A stretch of DNA of 64,000 nucleotides from Phaeosaccion multiseriatum (lineage: Eukaryota; Protista; Ochrophyta, other classes): contig OZ218950.1 in the NCBI GenBank assembly GCA_965112735.1, positions 4,402,001-4,466,000 of the forward strand. Direction: 5' to 3'. Below are positions 26,045 to 37,900 of the stretch, piece after piece. The position numbers and the translations under genes were made by a program. How positions within the stretch are numbered: position 1 is the first letter of the stretch; the number at the start of each line of letters is the position of its first letter. Under the pieces are notes generated by a model. That model did not search any database. It saw only the letters and a program-made list of their open reading frames with translations, and was not told the DNA's origin.

Positions 26045-26887
26045 GCGATGGTGGTGCTAAGGACAGGCGGCCAGAGGACCCCGATGAAGACCAGCGAGAG
26101 CAGGAACAACACCACCACCAGCAGCGAGAGCAAGAGCAAGAGTTAGAGCACGAGGAAGAGGCGGGGTGGGGGGAGGTCGGAGGAGAGGGAGAGGGAGATG
26201 GATACAGGGACGGAGAAGGAGGAGGGGAAGGAGGAGGGGCAGAGGAGGTAGAGGCCTTGCTGGCGGCACTGCTCGACAATAAGAGCAGCCCTCTGCATCT
26301 GCCTGCCCCAACCTCGGCGCTACTCTCTGTGAAAGTGACGCTGGAGAAGCTGTGTACAGTGGTGCGCTCTCAGCTGCTAGCGGGCCTCAAGGCCAGCAAG
26401 GTGTCTGCCTTGAGCCTGCAGACGGGGCGGAAGGTGCGAGTCAGGACGGGAGAGATACCCTCCTCTCCGTTCACGCGGCGGCTGCCCGAAGCTGTAGGGG
26501 TGGACTTGGCGGCTACTACTGAGACTCCCGACGATGGGCCCCACGACCACCAGCAACGGGGAAAATTGGTGACACAGCAGCAAGAGTTGATGCTGATGCA
26601 GCCCGTCGTTTCCTCGACGTTGGAGGACGCAGCGGAGGCTCTGGAGGGGGTCATCCATGATGCCCTCACAGTGCTTCCGTGGTCCGCGGACACCCTTGTG
26701 CGCCTCCAGAGCGACCTTCGTGTGATGCAGCTCGTGCTGCTGCACTGCCCTCCTCCAGCGGCCGCAGCAGCGCTGAATGGCAGCGTGCGTAAGGGCAAGG
26801 GAGGAGGGTTGGCACCATCTGGAGCCGCAGCAGTTGGTGATACAGGAGGAGGAGGAGTCAAGAAGAAGAGCTTAGGGGAGAGGCACA

Positions 26888-26948
<61 letters not shown>

Positions 26949-27466
26949 GGACGAGCCTGTACAGGTCGTACTGGGGACGGGTGGGGAAGACGACTGGGTC
27001 AAGGAGGGACCCTCCACCACTAGTGCCAATGGTGGCCATCATCATTCCGGTGCCATCCAAGAGCTGGCTGCGAGTGTGCGTGAAGGTGTGCAGAGGAAGG
27101 TGGGTGCCAACCGAGAGCTCTCGTCGGAGCTCATCTTCCTTCGTCAATGGAAGATCAGGAAGGACCGCAGCACATGGCAGGAAGACCGGCTGAGGGCGGT
27201 GGACGAGGAGTATGCCATTGCCGCTGCTGGTGCTGCCGCTGCTGCTGCGGGGGCTGTATCACCAACTGCTGCAGCTGCGAGGGGACTTAACCAGCGTGAG
27301 GCACGCATCGAGGCGGCAGAGCCCCGCGGGAGGAGGGAGATCATGGCAGCGTTGGACATGTATCGCAGGAGCGTGCAGCAGCAGTTGGTGATACAACAAC
27401 AGCAGGAGGAACGGCCGCCACGGGGGGGAGGGCTGCAAGGCAAGCACATGATGAGGAGTAGAGCCG

Positions 27467-27500
<34 letters not shown>

Positions 27501-27669
27501 TGGTGGTACACCAGGAGGAGCGTCTCACCAACAGCAGCCCGCTATCGCTACTTGTCCCGCGCTGTTCCCCGCCTTGCAGCAGAGCACCCAGAGCCACCAC
27601 TTCACGCACTCCGACAGCAAGCCCTTTGTGTACGATGAAGAGGACCCTCCTCCTATACACACATGGTGA
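18011..27669 (+). CDS. Large hypothetical protein (~2,580 aa) with several C2-like segments, an ARM-like patch and poly-E/G/Q/A tracts
   Basis: Exons 18011-20714, 21016-21215, 21484-21678, 21791-22962, 23268-23570, 23857-24191, 24391-25046, 25224-25503, 25763-27669 (7,752 nt, phases consistent). C2-like patterns GRIHVVGVEVRDM..LSVKLTCG..LVVELWG..LVGIGTMSL and FTISLSIYDRH..LLGEGAVPVRDV. ARM-like LRHEDGLVRRMAVKLLLLLAQ. The domain calls are weak. Confidence 0.6.
20793..20930. repeat. Intronic minisatellite (~3.7 x 29-32 bp) bracketed by a 7-bp inverted repeat; possible MITE-like relic
   Basis: Unit CTGATTACTGATTATGGCCGGCGCCAGCCGGC starting at 20801, 20833, 20862, 20894. AAGGTTA (20793-20799) and TAACCTT (20924-20930). 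Lies between two (CACT)n runs. Confidence 0.7.
21220..21270. repeat. (GT)n microsatellite, intronic
   Basis: Pure dinucleotide run just after the donor at 21216. Confidence 0.95.
23136..23258. repeat. (TCC)n microsatellite, intronic
   Basis: Trinucleotide run just upstream of the acceptor at 23267. Confidence 0.9.
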
Positions 27670-28031
27670 CTGGGGTGATGGGGGTCTGACTTGGTTACTG
27701 GGACCAGCTATGCGAAGGCTTGCACCACAAGCCGATCGAGGTTGAGAGTGAGGCAGTGAGGCAGTGAGGCAGGCACGCAAGCGATCATGCATGCCTTCTC
27801 TCTGTTGATGAGTAGTTGGTAGGAGGAAAGGGAGGAGAGGCCGGTGGGGAAGAGAAGAAGAAAAGGAAGAGAGGGAGAGGAGAATTGCGGACTCGGTTCT
27901 TGGGCTATGGAGAGTATGGCTGTGGAAACAAAAATCAAAATATATACAAACGATAATAGTGAATTACAACATGCCTCCTACTTTTGCTCTGCCTACTGTG
28001 TGCTCTAGTACTTTCCCCTGCATGCCCCACC

Positions 28032-31000
28032 TCACAGGAAGTCGAGCACGAGTTTGTCCGTTACGGCATCGGCCACCTTGGAGCAGATGGCGTTAAAGAG
28101 AGCGTCGCTCGCCCGTGCCCCCTGCGCGATTTTCTGAAACGCTTGCGCGAGATCTCCGCCCCCAAGAGCTGTCCGCACTGAGCAGCCTCCCGCAGTGGCG
28201 AGGACTTGAAGAGCCGCGTGAGAGGCGTATGCGCCAAAGGCAATGACGTCGGTCTTCATATCCGGGTGCGCAGTCCTCATGCTCGAGATGAAGGCTGCTG
28301 CAGCCACGGAGTCGTCCGCCCCTCCATCTGACATGAAAATGATGTGGGGTAGGGCTCCAGGCGGGGTTGCTGCGACCTGCAAGTAAGCTTCGTTCATCGC
28401 GGGAGCAAACGACGTCCCACGGCCGTGCATGGACAGACTCGCGGCGCTCGCCAATACATCAATCGGCTGCTGAGCGTATACAGTCCGGGCAATTGAATCG
28501 AACTGAATCACAGTCACGAGGTCTCGTCCGCCCTGATTCTTGCTTCGCGCAGAGAGGAAGCCCTCGTACGCCCTCACGAGGTCATACCACGGGTTCCCTG
28601 ACATGGATCCACTTTCGTCCAGCACAAAGACGAAGTGAATGCCCGGTGCGCGGGTAAGAGGGCGTGCTCCACCAACGCCATCATCCACCAAAGAGATGCT
28701 CTTGAGGTAACGGCCGACGTCCTGACCCTCCTCAGAAGTGGTGGTGCCAGAAGCCGCCGCCGCCTCCTCCCGCTTCTTGAGGCTCTTCGCGACGAGCCCC
28801 TCCATCTGTCTGTCCATGGCGGCAGTCGCAAGCGGGTCCACTTGGCAGTGCATCACGAGCAGCTTCTTGGCGATGACGAGGTCGAAGGCTTTCTTGAGGT
28901 CTAGGAGTGACTCCTTGCTCTTGTCTGGATGGTCGTCACTCACGACCACCCCGGGTGCGAGTCCGCTGGTGAAGACGGTTCCATGGCATGGGTTGTCGGT
29001 AAACAGGATGATGAATCTGGCGATGCCTTTCCAGTCGTCCCACTTGGCGACTCTCTTTAGCGCCCCAGCCACGTCTTCCGCGTCGTCCCTCCCTCCGCTC
29101 GGAGATTGGATAGTCTTGAGCTGCTGAATGAACTCGTTTGCATCCGTCGTGAAGTGAGAGGAGACGTTGGCCCCACTCCCTTCGCCAGTACCCTCGGTCA
29201 CAAAATGTGTCTTCTCGTGCGTATCCCCGTAGTCCCGGAAGGCCAAGAAGGACAGACGGACTTCAAACTCTTGCTCAGGATGATGCTTGGTCACCTTGGA
29301 AGCAATTGAGTTGTCCCCTACCACAATGCTGTCCACCTGGGCCACCAGCTGGCGGTGAAGCCCCGCCATGCTTCCCGTCACGTCAATGACAAAGGCGAGG
29401 TCAATGACGATCTTGCCAGGGTCGCTGCCCGAGCAAATCATGAGCTCTCGATCTGTCCTCAGATGGTTGTGCAGCTGCTCAAAGCGAGACCAGCGCTCCT
29501 GCCCCAGCAGGTGCTCCACATCGATTTGATCTGCTCCACGCGCCACCAGGCACAGCTGCTCCCACTCCTTAAACAGGGCTCGAGAGCACGATGCCGCGTC
29601 GTCGTCCCCAGTCTGCTCTCTTCCTGCCGCCGCAGCGTCCATTTGGTCACACAAGCTCTTGAGAGCCTCGGGTATCGCGCTCGACAGGGCCGCCGCAATC
29701 CAGCGACCATAGAGCTGCTGTACGTTGGCCTGCTCCATGCCCACCGCGATACCAATCACATCAATGTCCCTACTCTGACACTCTGCCTGCGCCTGCGTGA
29801 GTCGCGCAGCACTGCTGCTGTGGCCGTCGGTCAGGACGAAGATCTTGGAAGGATGCTGCTGCCAAGATAGCAGGGACATGGCCAGCGAAACAGCCTCTGC
29901 GTCGCACGTGCGCCTCTGCTCGCGTGGGCGGAGGCGCGCAAACAAGGACAACGCCGCCCCAGGGCTCCACTCCTGTCCGGGCGCCTTGACGAGCTGCGCC
30001 TCCTTGCCGAAGAGAATCACATATGTGTCCTCAATGCCCACCTCCTGCAGCGCACCCAAGAGGACCACCAAGGCCTCGAGCGAGCTCTGCAGCAAATGAC
30101 CTTCCATCGACTGACTAATGTCCACTGCAATCGCCACGGCGTACTGACGCTGTCCGCCACAAGTCCGAGCAGAGAAAAACTTTTTGTAGGAAAAGTCTGT
30201 GCTCACGGCCTTGATGAGCCCAGGGAGGTCGAGCTGGCTGCCCTTGAAGGCGGCCTGTCTCCTCGTGAAGCGGTTGAAGGGGAAGAGAAGAGTCTCCATC
30301 ACAGCTGCGGTCTCTCCGATCACGCCTTGGAGCTTGCAGCTCAGGGTGATCCACTGCTCCATTGCCTGCTGTGCATCGGCAGGGAAGCGGCTCTCGAGCT
30401 CCACACACAAGGCATTGCAGCGACTGGGGAAGTCTTGTAGCGTGGCGCTGACCTGATCTTCGTCCTCGCCCAGCAGCGACGAAACCTGCCCGGCTCTGTC
30501 CATCTTCACTAGCGCCCGATCACGAAGGTGCTTCACTCGTTCCTCGATGCGGGCCTCCCCGCCGGGGGAGCTGACCGAGTACATGAGTGGGGGCCGTGCC
30601 ACTCCCTCTTGGAGAGCTGTCCCAATGTCCAGTGGGCTCGAGTGCAGCTCGTAGAAGCGCATGCTCCCTCCAAAGTCTCGAGCACTCCCAGAGAGGTGTT
30701 GCAGATCAGGCTCAAAGATGCTGCTGCTCTTGGTTGGTGGCCTGCCTCCGGCGCTCTTGGTTGGTGGCGCCGCGGCAGCCTTTACAGCGCCGTAGTCCTC
30801 CCGCATCACTCGCTTGAGGGATCGCGTCACCATCTGGTGCAGAACAAGCGGCAGAGCGCCCCCTTCCTCCCGCCTCGCCTTGTCCAGCAGCGTCGCCTGC
30901 GAGATGGGAAAGTAGAGCTCATTCGAGATAATCTTGAGCTTGGCATCCAGCCTCCCTGCAAACTCCCGCTCGCTGTCCTGGCGTGTGTGGAGGATGGCAA

Positions 31001-31915
31001 GCTCCACCTCGCACTGAGTCCGCAGCTCGACGAGGTCGAGCTCATTGCCGCTCATGTCCTGTCCTTTGCGGGGAGCAATCTCCTGGGAGAGGGCGTCCGT
31101 GATGACGATGGAGATGCGGCGCTGGAAGGGCTCTCGAGGGGCCACGAACAAGCCCCCCTGAGGGTTGGACCAAATCGCTTTGAGGCAGCTGCCGATGTGA
31201 GAGCTCTCGTCGTGAGAGAAGCCCGCCAGCACTCGCTCCCCTACACGCAGTGAAAAGGGCTCGTCCATATGCTTGAGGATGCGGCCTCTGTTGGCGTCCC
31301 CCAACGTGGCCACGGCGAAGCGGCACTCGAGGCGGCGAAGCACCTCCATAAGCACCGTCACCATCTCCGCCACGCTGTTACTCACTCGTGTCATGGAGCC
31401 GCTATTGTCCACAAGCACCGCCCACTCAATCTCCACGGGCTCTCCTGCTCGCTCCAGGCTGTCTTGGCTCACAATGGCACGGCAGTCCGAGAGTAAGTCC
31501 TTGACGAGCATAGCGAGGCCCTCGCTCTCCGCCAGCAGCTGGTATGTCCACTTCTCCTGCCTACCCTTGGACGCACGGAACTCAGATGGCAGCACCAGCA
31601 CGCGCGGATCATGCTGTAGCCTAATGTTCCCGGCTCTCTCAAACGTTTCGGTAATGTCCTGGTCACCCATCTTGCGCTCGATGTCCTTGGCGCCCAGCTG
31701 CAAGCTGACCTTGGCGAGCTGCATCTCTGCATACTCTTGCTCCTCAATCTCGGAAGCGTTGACAATCTTGAGGTCGCTCCTGTGAATGGGGGGGGGGCAG
31801 GATCGACACAGTCAAGGCGTCGTGCTCAGGATGGAGAGCATACAGGACATTATTGCTCACACACACGCACCCACACGCACACGCACGCACGCACATGCAC
31901 GCACGCACACGCACG

Positions 31916-31989
<74 letters not shown>

Positions 31990-34900
31990 TGGAAGGACCC
32001 TTACCGGCTGATCTTCTTGTTCTTCTTCTTTCTGGCCGGTTCGGTCGGCCTCGTGCTCGGCAGTGGGGGGTGCTGGCGCTCAGGAGGCCTCACGAGGGTC
32101 TTTGGGTTGGGAGCAAATTCGACTGTCTTTGGCGCCTCGAATGACGCATCGACAGGAGTGGACCTGGCCGGGAGCGCTCTGGGTAGCACATCATCCATGT
32201 CTAGCTGAATCTCGCCCAGTTTCACATGATTGACCTTCACCGATGTATTCGCGGCGGCGGCCTGCCTCTCCTCCCACAGGGAGCTCACCAGCTCGTTAAC
32301 ATCGTCCATATCTCCCCCCTCCTCCCCACCCCAGTCTCGCTGCCCCCCCCGCTCCTTCACCCCCCAGTTCTGCATGGCCGAGTTCTCGAAGGGGTCATCC
32401 TCATCCTCTTCTGGTGCTTGTTCAAAGGCCCGCAGCGCCTTCTGCTTGTCACTCGGATCGTCCAGCGGCACCTCAAAGTCTGCCTCCTTGTCCATTCTCT
32501 TGCCACTCGACACGTTCAGCCTCATCTCGTCGGGAATGTTGAGGGACTGGATGCTCTTCTCAAGCTTGCCCATCTCCCTCGCCAGCAGCCCCTCGGCTGT
32601 CCTGCTGCCCAGCTTCTTGAGACGCTGCTGGATCGCGTCCATCACCAGCAAATTGGACAGCCCTACCCGCACGAAGTCGCTCGTAACGCTGCGCTGCTCT
32701 TCGCCCTCGTCTTCCTGCCGCTGTCCCATCTCCCAGAAGCTAGCGTAGCCTTGTCTCCAACTCTTGCTCGACTCCGTGAGAGCAGGGATGCCTCGGCTGA
32801 GCTGCGCGCCCCCCACTGGATCGGACAAGCCTGGCGCTGAGGGAGCCTCTCCCAATGGAGTGGTGTCCGAGGCCACGAGGCAGTCCATCCTTAGTTCCAC
32901 CTTGGCATTGTCGAGCTGAAGCTTGGCACTCTCCAGAGCCCTCTTTGCCTCGTCCAGCTGCTGCTCATCACTCCTCGATGCTTGGTACGCCTGTTTGTGT
33001 ATTCGGGGACCGGGTACAGGATGGGTACATGAGTCCACCTTAACAGCAAGACGCCGTATACTGTTGGTTTGACCTCCTCCTCCTTCTTCTCCTCCTCGTC
33101 CTCCCCCGCTCCCTTATCCTCCTCCTCTTTCTCCTCCGCCTTCTCTTCCTCTTCCTCTTTCTCCTCCTCATCCTCTTCCTCCTCCTCCTCCTCCTCCTCC
33201 TCCTCCTCCTCCTCCTCCTCCTCCTCTTCCTCCTCCCCCTCCTCCCCATGCTTCCTCCCCTCACCTGAACACCGAGTCGCATACCCTCTTGCATCCCCTT
33301 GGACACCTCAAACGCGTGGTCCTGGAACTGCACCTTGGAGGACCCAATCAGAATAGCCGCAGAGTCCCCTATAGCTGCCTCAGGGGGGGCATGGCTCACA
33401 TCACCAAAGGTGGTACTTGCCATCTCACCCCTCCTCTCCCCCGGGAGTGACGCATTGGCGGCCTCTCCAGGCCCAGCGCTGCAGGGCGTCTCTCCTTCAG
33501 CCGCTCGAGCAGTGCCCTGAGAAGGACAACCGCGCTCTCCCTGCCGAGCTCCAAGGAACTCCCCCCCCCCGGCCCCTCCTGCCCGTCCAGCAGAGGTCGG
33601 TGCGATTCCACCCAGATCCTGGCCGTAACCCTGGTCCTGACTCTGGCCCTGATCCTGACCCTGACCCTGACCCTCACCCTCACCCTGCCCCTCACCCTGG
33701 CCCTTACCCTGACCCTGGCCCTGACCTTCACCCTGACCCTGACCCTGACCCTGACCCTTACCCTGACCCTGACCCTGACCGTGGTCCTGATCTTGACCCT
33801 GACCCTGACCCTGACCCTGACCCTGACCAAGCCCCTGGCCCTGACCCTGACTCTGACCCTGGGCCTCACCCTGACCCTGACCCTGGCCCTCACCCTGGCC
33901 CTGACCTTGGCCCTGACCCTGACCCTGACCCTGACCCTGACCCTGGCCCTGACCCTGACCCTGACCCTGACCCTGGCCCTGGCCCTCACCCTGACCCTGA
34001 CCAAGCCCCTCACCCTGACCCTGACCCTGACCCTGATCCTGACCCTGACCGTGGTCCTGACCTTGACCCTGACCCTGACAATGACCCTGACCCTGACCCT
34101 GACCCTGACCCTGACCCTGACCCTGACCCTGACCCTGACTCTGACCCTGGGCCTCACCCTGACCCTGACCCTGACCCTGGCCCTCACCCTGGCCCTGACC
34201 TTGGCCCTGACCCTGACCCTGACCCTGACCCTGACCCTGACCCTGACCCTGACCCTGACCGTGGCCCTGATCTTGACCCTGACCCTGACCCTGACCCTGA
34301 CCAAGCCCCTGACCCTGATCCTGACCCTGACCCTGACCAAGCCCCTGACCCTGACCCTGACCCTGACTCTGACCCTGGCCCTCACCCTGGCCCTGACCCT
34401 GACCGTGGCCCTGATCTTGACCCTGACCCTGACCCTGACCCTGACCCTGACCCTGACCCTGACCCTGACCCTGACCCTGACCCTGACCCTGACCAAGCCC
34501 CTGACCCTGGCCCTGATCCTGATCCTGACCCTGACCTTGACCCTGGCCCTGACCCTGACCCTGACCCTGACCCTGGCCCTCACCCTGGCCCTGACTCTGA
34601 CTCTGACCCTGGGCCTCACCCTGGCCTTGACGTTCATCTGGTGAGGTAGAGCATCTCCCCGTGGCAACCCCCTGATCTGCTGACTCCTTTTCCCAAGAGG
34701 CTCTGCAGAGAAGGTCATGGTCCTCCAGACGCATCAAGCCTGCCACCACGAGGAAGGAGCCGACGCTCCTCGCCAGGGCGTCGTGGCCTTGCGAGGCTTC
34801 ACCTCTCGACTGCAGCACCAGAGAGATGCCATGGGAGATGCTGCGCAACCCGGCGACAGCGATGCGACGATCAGAGGTTAGATTGTCGTCCCCACTCAAG

Positions 34901-37900
34901 CCGTCCAGCATCATGGAGAGACCGATGATGTGATTGAGACCCCGGGCCTGTGCTCCATCCCCATCCGGAGACGGGGTTGCTGTGGTAGCTGCTAGCTCCC
35001 CGATTTCTGCGATGAAGGCGGTGGAGCCTGCGTGAAGGCTCTCGAGCTTCTTCCCGACGGGCAGTCCATACTGGAACCACGCCGCCAGACGAGTCGGAGT
35101 GGAGGCCAGGATCCCAGAGGAGCAGTCCCGAACAAAGTCTGCCAGGCCCTGGAGCTGCTCGCGCTGGAGGCCTTGACCAGAAGGCAGCGAGGAAGCGACG
35201 CACAGATAGGCCTCGAGGGTAGCTTCCACACTTTGGCCGAGTGCTACCGCCGGTTGGTGGTGTCCATGCTCGACGAGGAGGAGGAAGGCCTGCGCTACGT
35301 CCACCGCGGGGTGCTCCTTCTCCTGCGAGGACAGCCACTTCAAGCCTTGCTGCAGGAGAGCCTGCACTTGCAGGGGGCTGACGTCCGAGGGCAGATACGC
35401 AAGCTTCTTCATGGTGTCGCTCTTCAGCAGCTCCACAGTGCAGCGCACCCGCCGTTGGAGAGCTCCGCTGGACTTGCGTGGGCTGCACTCCGTCAGCACA
35501 TCAATCAAAGGCTTCATCACCGCCTCCAGCGTGCTGTTGCTCAAAGTACTCCCACTACGGGCGACAGCGTACAGATGCCGAAGTGCCTCTGCCTTGCGCT
35601 TAGTCACCTCTATCTCCTCGTCGGTCATGAAGACTCCCGCGCCGACAAACTCCACCACAGCGGACAGAGTCCCATCAAAGTCAAAGGCAGACCCACCGAC
35701 CAAGGCTTCGCACAGCTGCGTATGATTCGCTGCGAATGTGACGATCGCCTTCTCCGGGGGCTTGATCGTCTGCTGCTGGGATGGGTCCAGCGCCTGTGGT
35801 GGGTGGAGCGCCCTCGTCAGCTCGGCAAAGCAGTCCGAGGTCCGCAGCGCCGCGAGCACCTCCTCTAACTCCGCTGACGTTTTGCCTCCGCTGAGAAGAA
35901 GCAGCAGATCGACCACACGCTCTGGTGATAGCTCGGCCTTCACCCCCTTCTCGTAAGCATCATCGGCAGCCCAAGCCTCGCGCAGGATGCCCCATGTGGG
36001 CCGCAGACCTGCCGCCTTGAGAAAGTGACGCACAGGGCGGCGATGGTACCGTACAGCGCACGAAGAGGCAGTCGCTGCAGTCTCACGCATCCCCTCCACC
36101 AGGTCTACAAACCAGGGGCGGCGGGAAGAGGAGGGGGGATATTGCTCAAGGACAGATAAGAGCGCATCCAGCACGATGTGCCCCTCCTGCTGCCTCTCCT
36201 TTCTCCACTCGGCGATGACTTGGCGATGGGGGTTCCACTTGCCGAAGAGAACAGTCCTCAGCACACTCCGCCACTCCTCCGAGTCCACAGCGGGCTGCTG
36301 AAGGGCACGGAGGAGACTGCACGAGGGCGGATCCAGACTGGCCAACATGTCCTCTTCGTTGAGGAGCTCCAGCCAAGCAGCAGGCCCCGACGCACAGGAA
36401 GACGCGCTCGGCGAAAGGGGAAGCTGAAGCTGCCCATAGGCAGCCAACAGAGGCCCCGCACTTACAGCCGCCTTGGACTCTGGACTGATCACTTCCAGCG
36501 ACAACTCCAGGGGGGCTCTTCCTCCGCCCCCGTCAGCCGCAATGCCAGCAAAGGTCTGCCAGCAGTGCTGAGACGGGTGTCCTGTACAGTATCAACAATC
36601 AAACAAATACAAAAGTCATACGGTAGTCGTTCGGATACAATAGCGGATCCCGCCGGCCATGAAATGGCAGGTCCTTTAGTCAAGTCGACCTCGTCCCCCA
36701 GTCCTGGCACTCAAACTCGACGCTGCTAAAGGAACATTACTCAGCCCGGCTACACACGCAAAACTTACCTCCCATATGCTTCCAGCGCTTCACTGCCTTC
36801 GCAGTGACTGGGAGCTGCAGCAGACTCGAGCAGGCTTGGTTCACCTCTGTTGGAGTCACCGCAACACTGCACAGAACCTCGCCGATCATCTCGTCGAGCA
36901 CAGTGGGCTTCTCCCCGTTGGCGAGTCGCTCCTCGACGATGGTACTCAGAGCCTCCCTCGCCGCTGTCGTTGACGAAGACTCCACGAGGCCTCTACGTGC
37001 CGCCTCCAGCACACTCTCACCGCACGCTGCGGCGTCCTCATCACTCAGTGACGGCAGGCCGGTGACAAGCCGCACCACCGAGGGCTGCTGGCCCAGCTGC
37101 AGGAGCTTAGATGCGCTGTGCCCCCCCGCCTCCACAACAGGAGCACTCCCGCCTTTCAGCCCATCAAAGTCCATCGCTGCGGAAGCATCCTCGCCGTGGA
37201 GAATACACCCAACCAGGCATGCTGCTGCAATTACTCTCTCTTCGTCTGGCCGAGATGTGCGAAGGAGTTCGATGGCAGCCAAAGGGTGCTGCCCCAGGGC
37301 ACTGATCGGCTGTAGTGGTGACGAGGGCGCGGCAGGAGGAGAGAGCGTGACCAGTAGAGACTTGCTGCCACCCTCTCGCACGGCGCCATCGGGGCCAACG
37401 CTACATTCTCCGGGGACCGCGAAGGTGATGATCGCATGGTGCATGCCCACGGGAGCAGCAGCAGTTGCGCCAGCAGCAGATGCAGGAGTCGCGCCGTCCA
37501 CGGTGGCCCGCAGCTTCCAGAAGTGGTGATCCCGGCCTTCCTTCCCTCTCTTGGGAGCCAGGTCAAGGAAGTCCTCACTAGACTCTTTCTCTGTGCACTT
37601 CTCGTCCTTGTAGCGCGTAAGGCTCAGAGCTGCGCCGGGTGTCGGGAGACCGCTTGCCCCAGAGAGAAGATGTGGGTTGCTGTGGGCGTCCAGACGGTAG
37701 CGTAGTGAAGCACCGCCTTCGTTGGTGCTGGCGAACATCGCCTCGTACGTATGCTCCTCTCCATGGACGGGAGCGAGACTGACGGCTGTAACTTCCTTGT
37801 GCTCCTTCTTCTTCTTCCTCTTCCCCGTGCTGGCGTCAGAGCACGCCACGAAAGCGAGGCGAGAGCCTTTCAGGCGGATATTGTATTCGCACAGGAGGGT

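Noticed and set aside
33612-34630. Chromosome end or true telomere
   Set aside because: Internal, flanked by in-frame coding sequence on both sides, and TCAGGG rather than TTAGGG.
33396-34718. 440-aa (VR)n, 410-aa (PD)n and 287-aa (LT)n ORFs
   Set aside because: Alternative-frame readings of the hexamer array; only the GQ frame is continuous with flanking coding sequence.
36489-36725. Extra exon using the acceptor at 36726 or the 73-aa ORF
   Set aside because: With the phase-1 donor at 36768 this acceptor meets a TAA within 16 codons. The acceptor at 36582 keeps the frame open.
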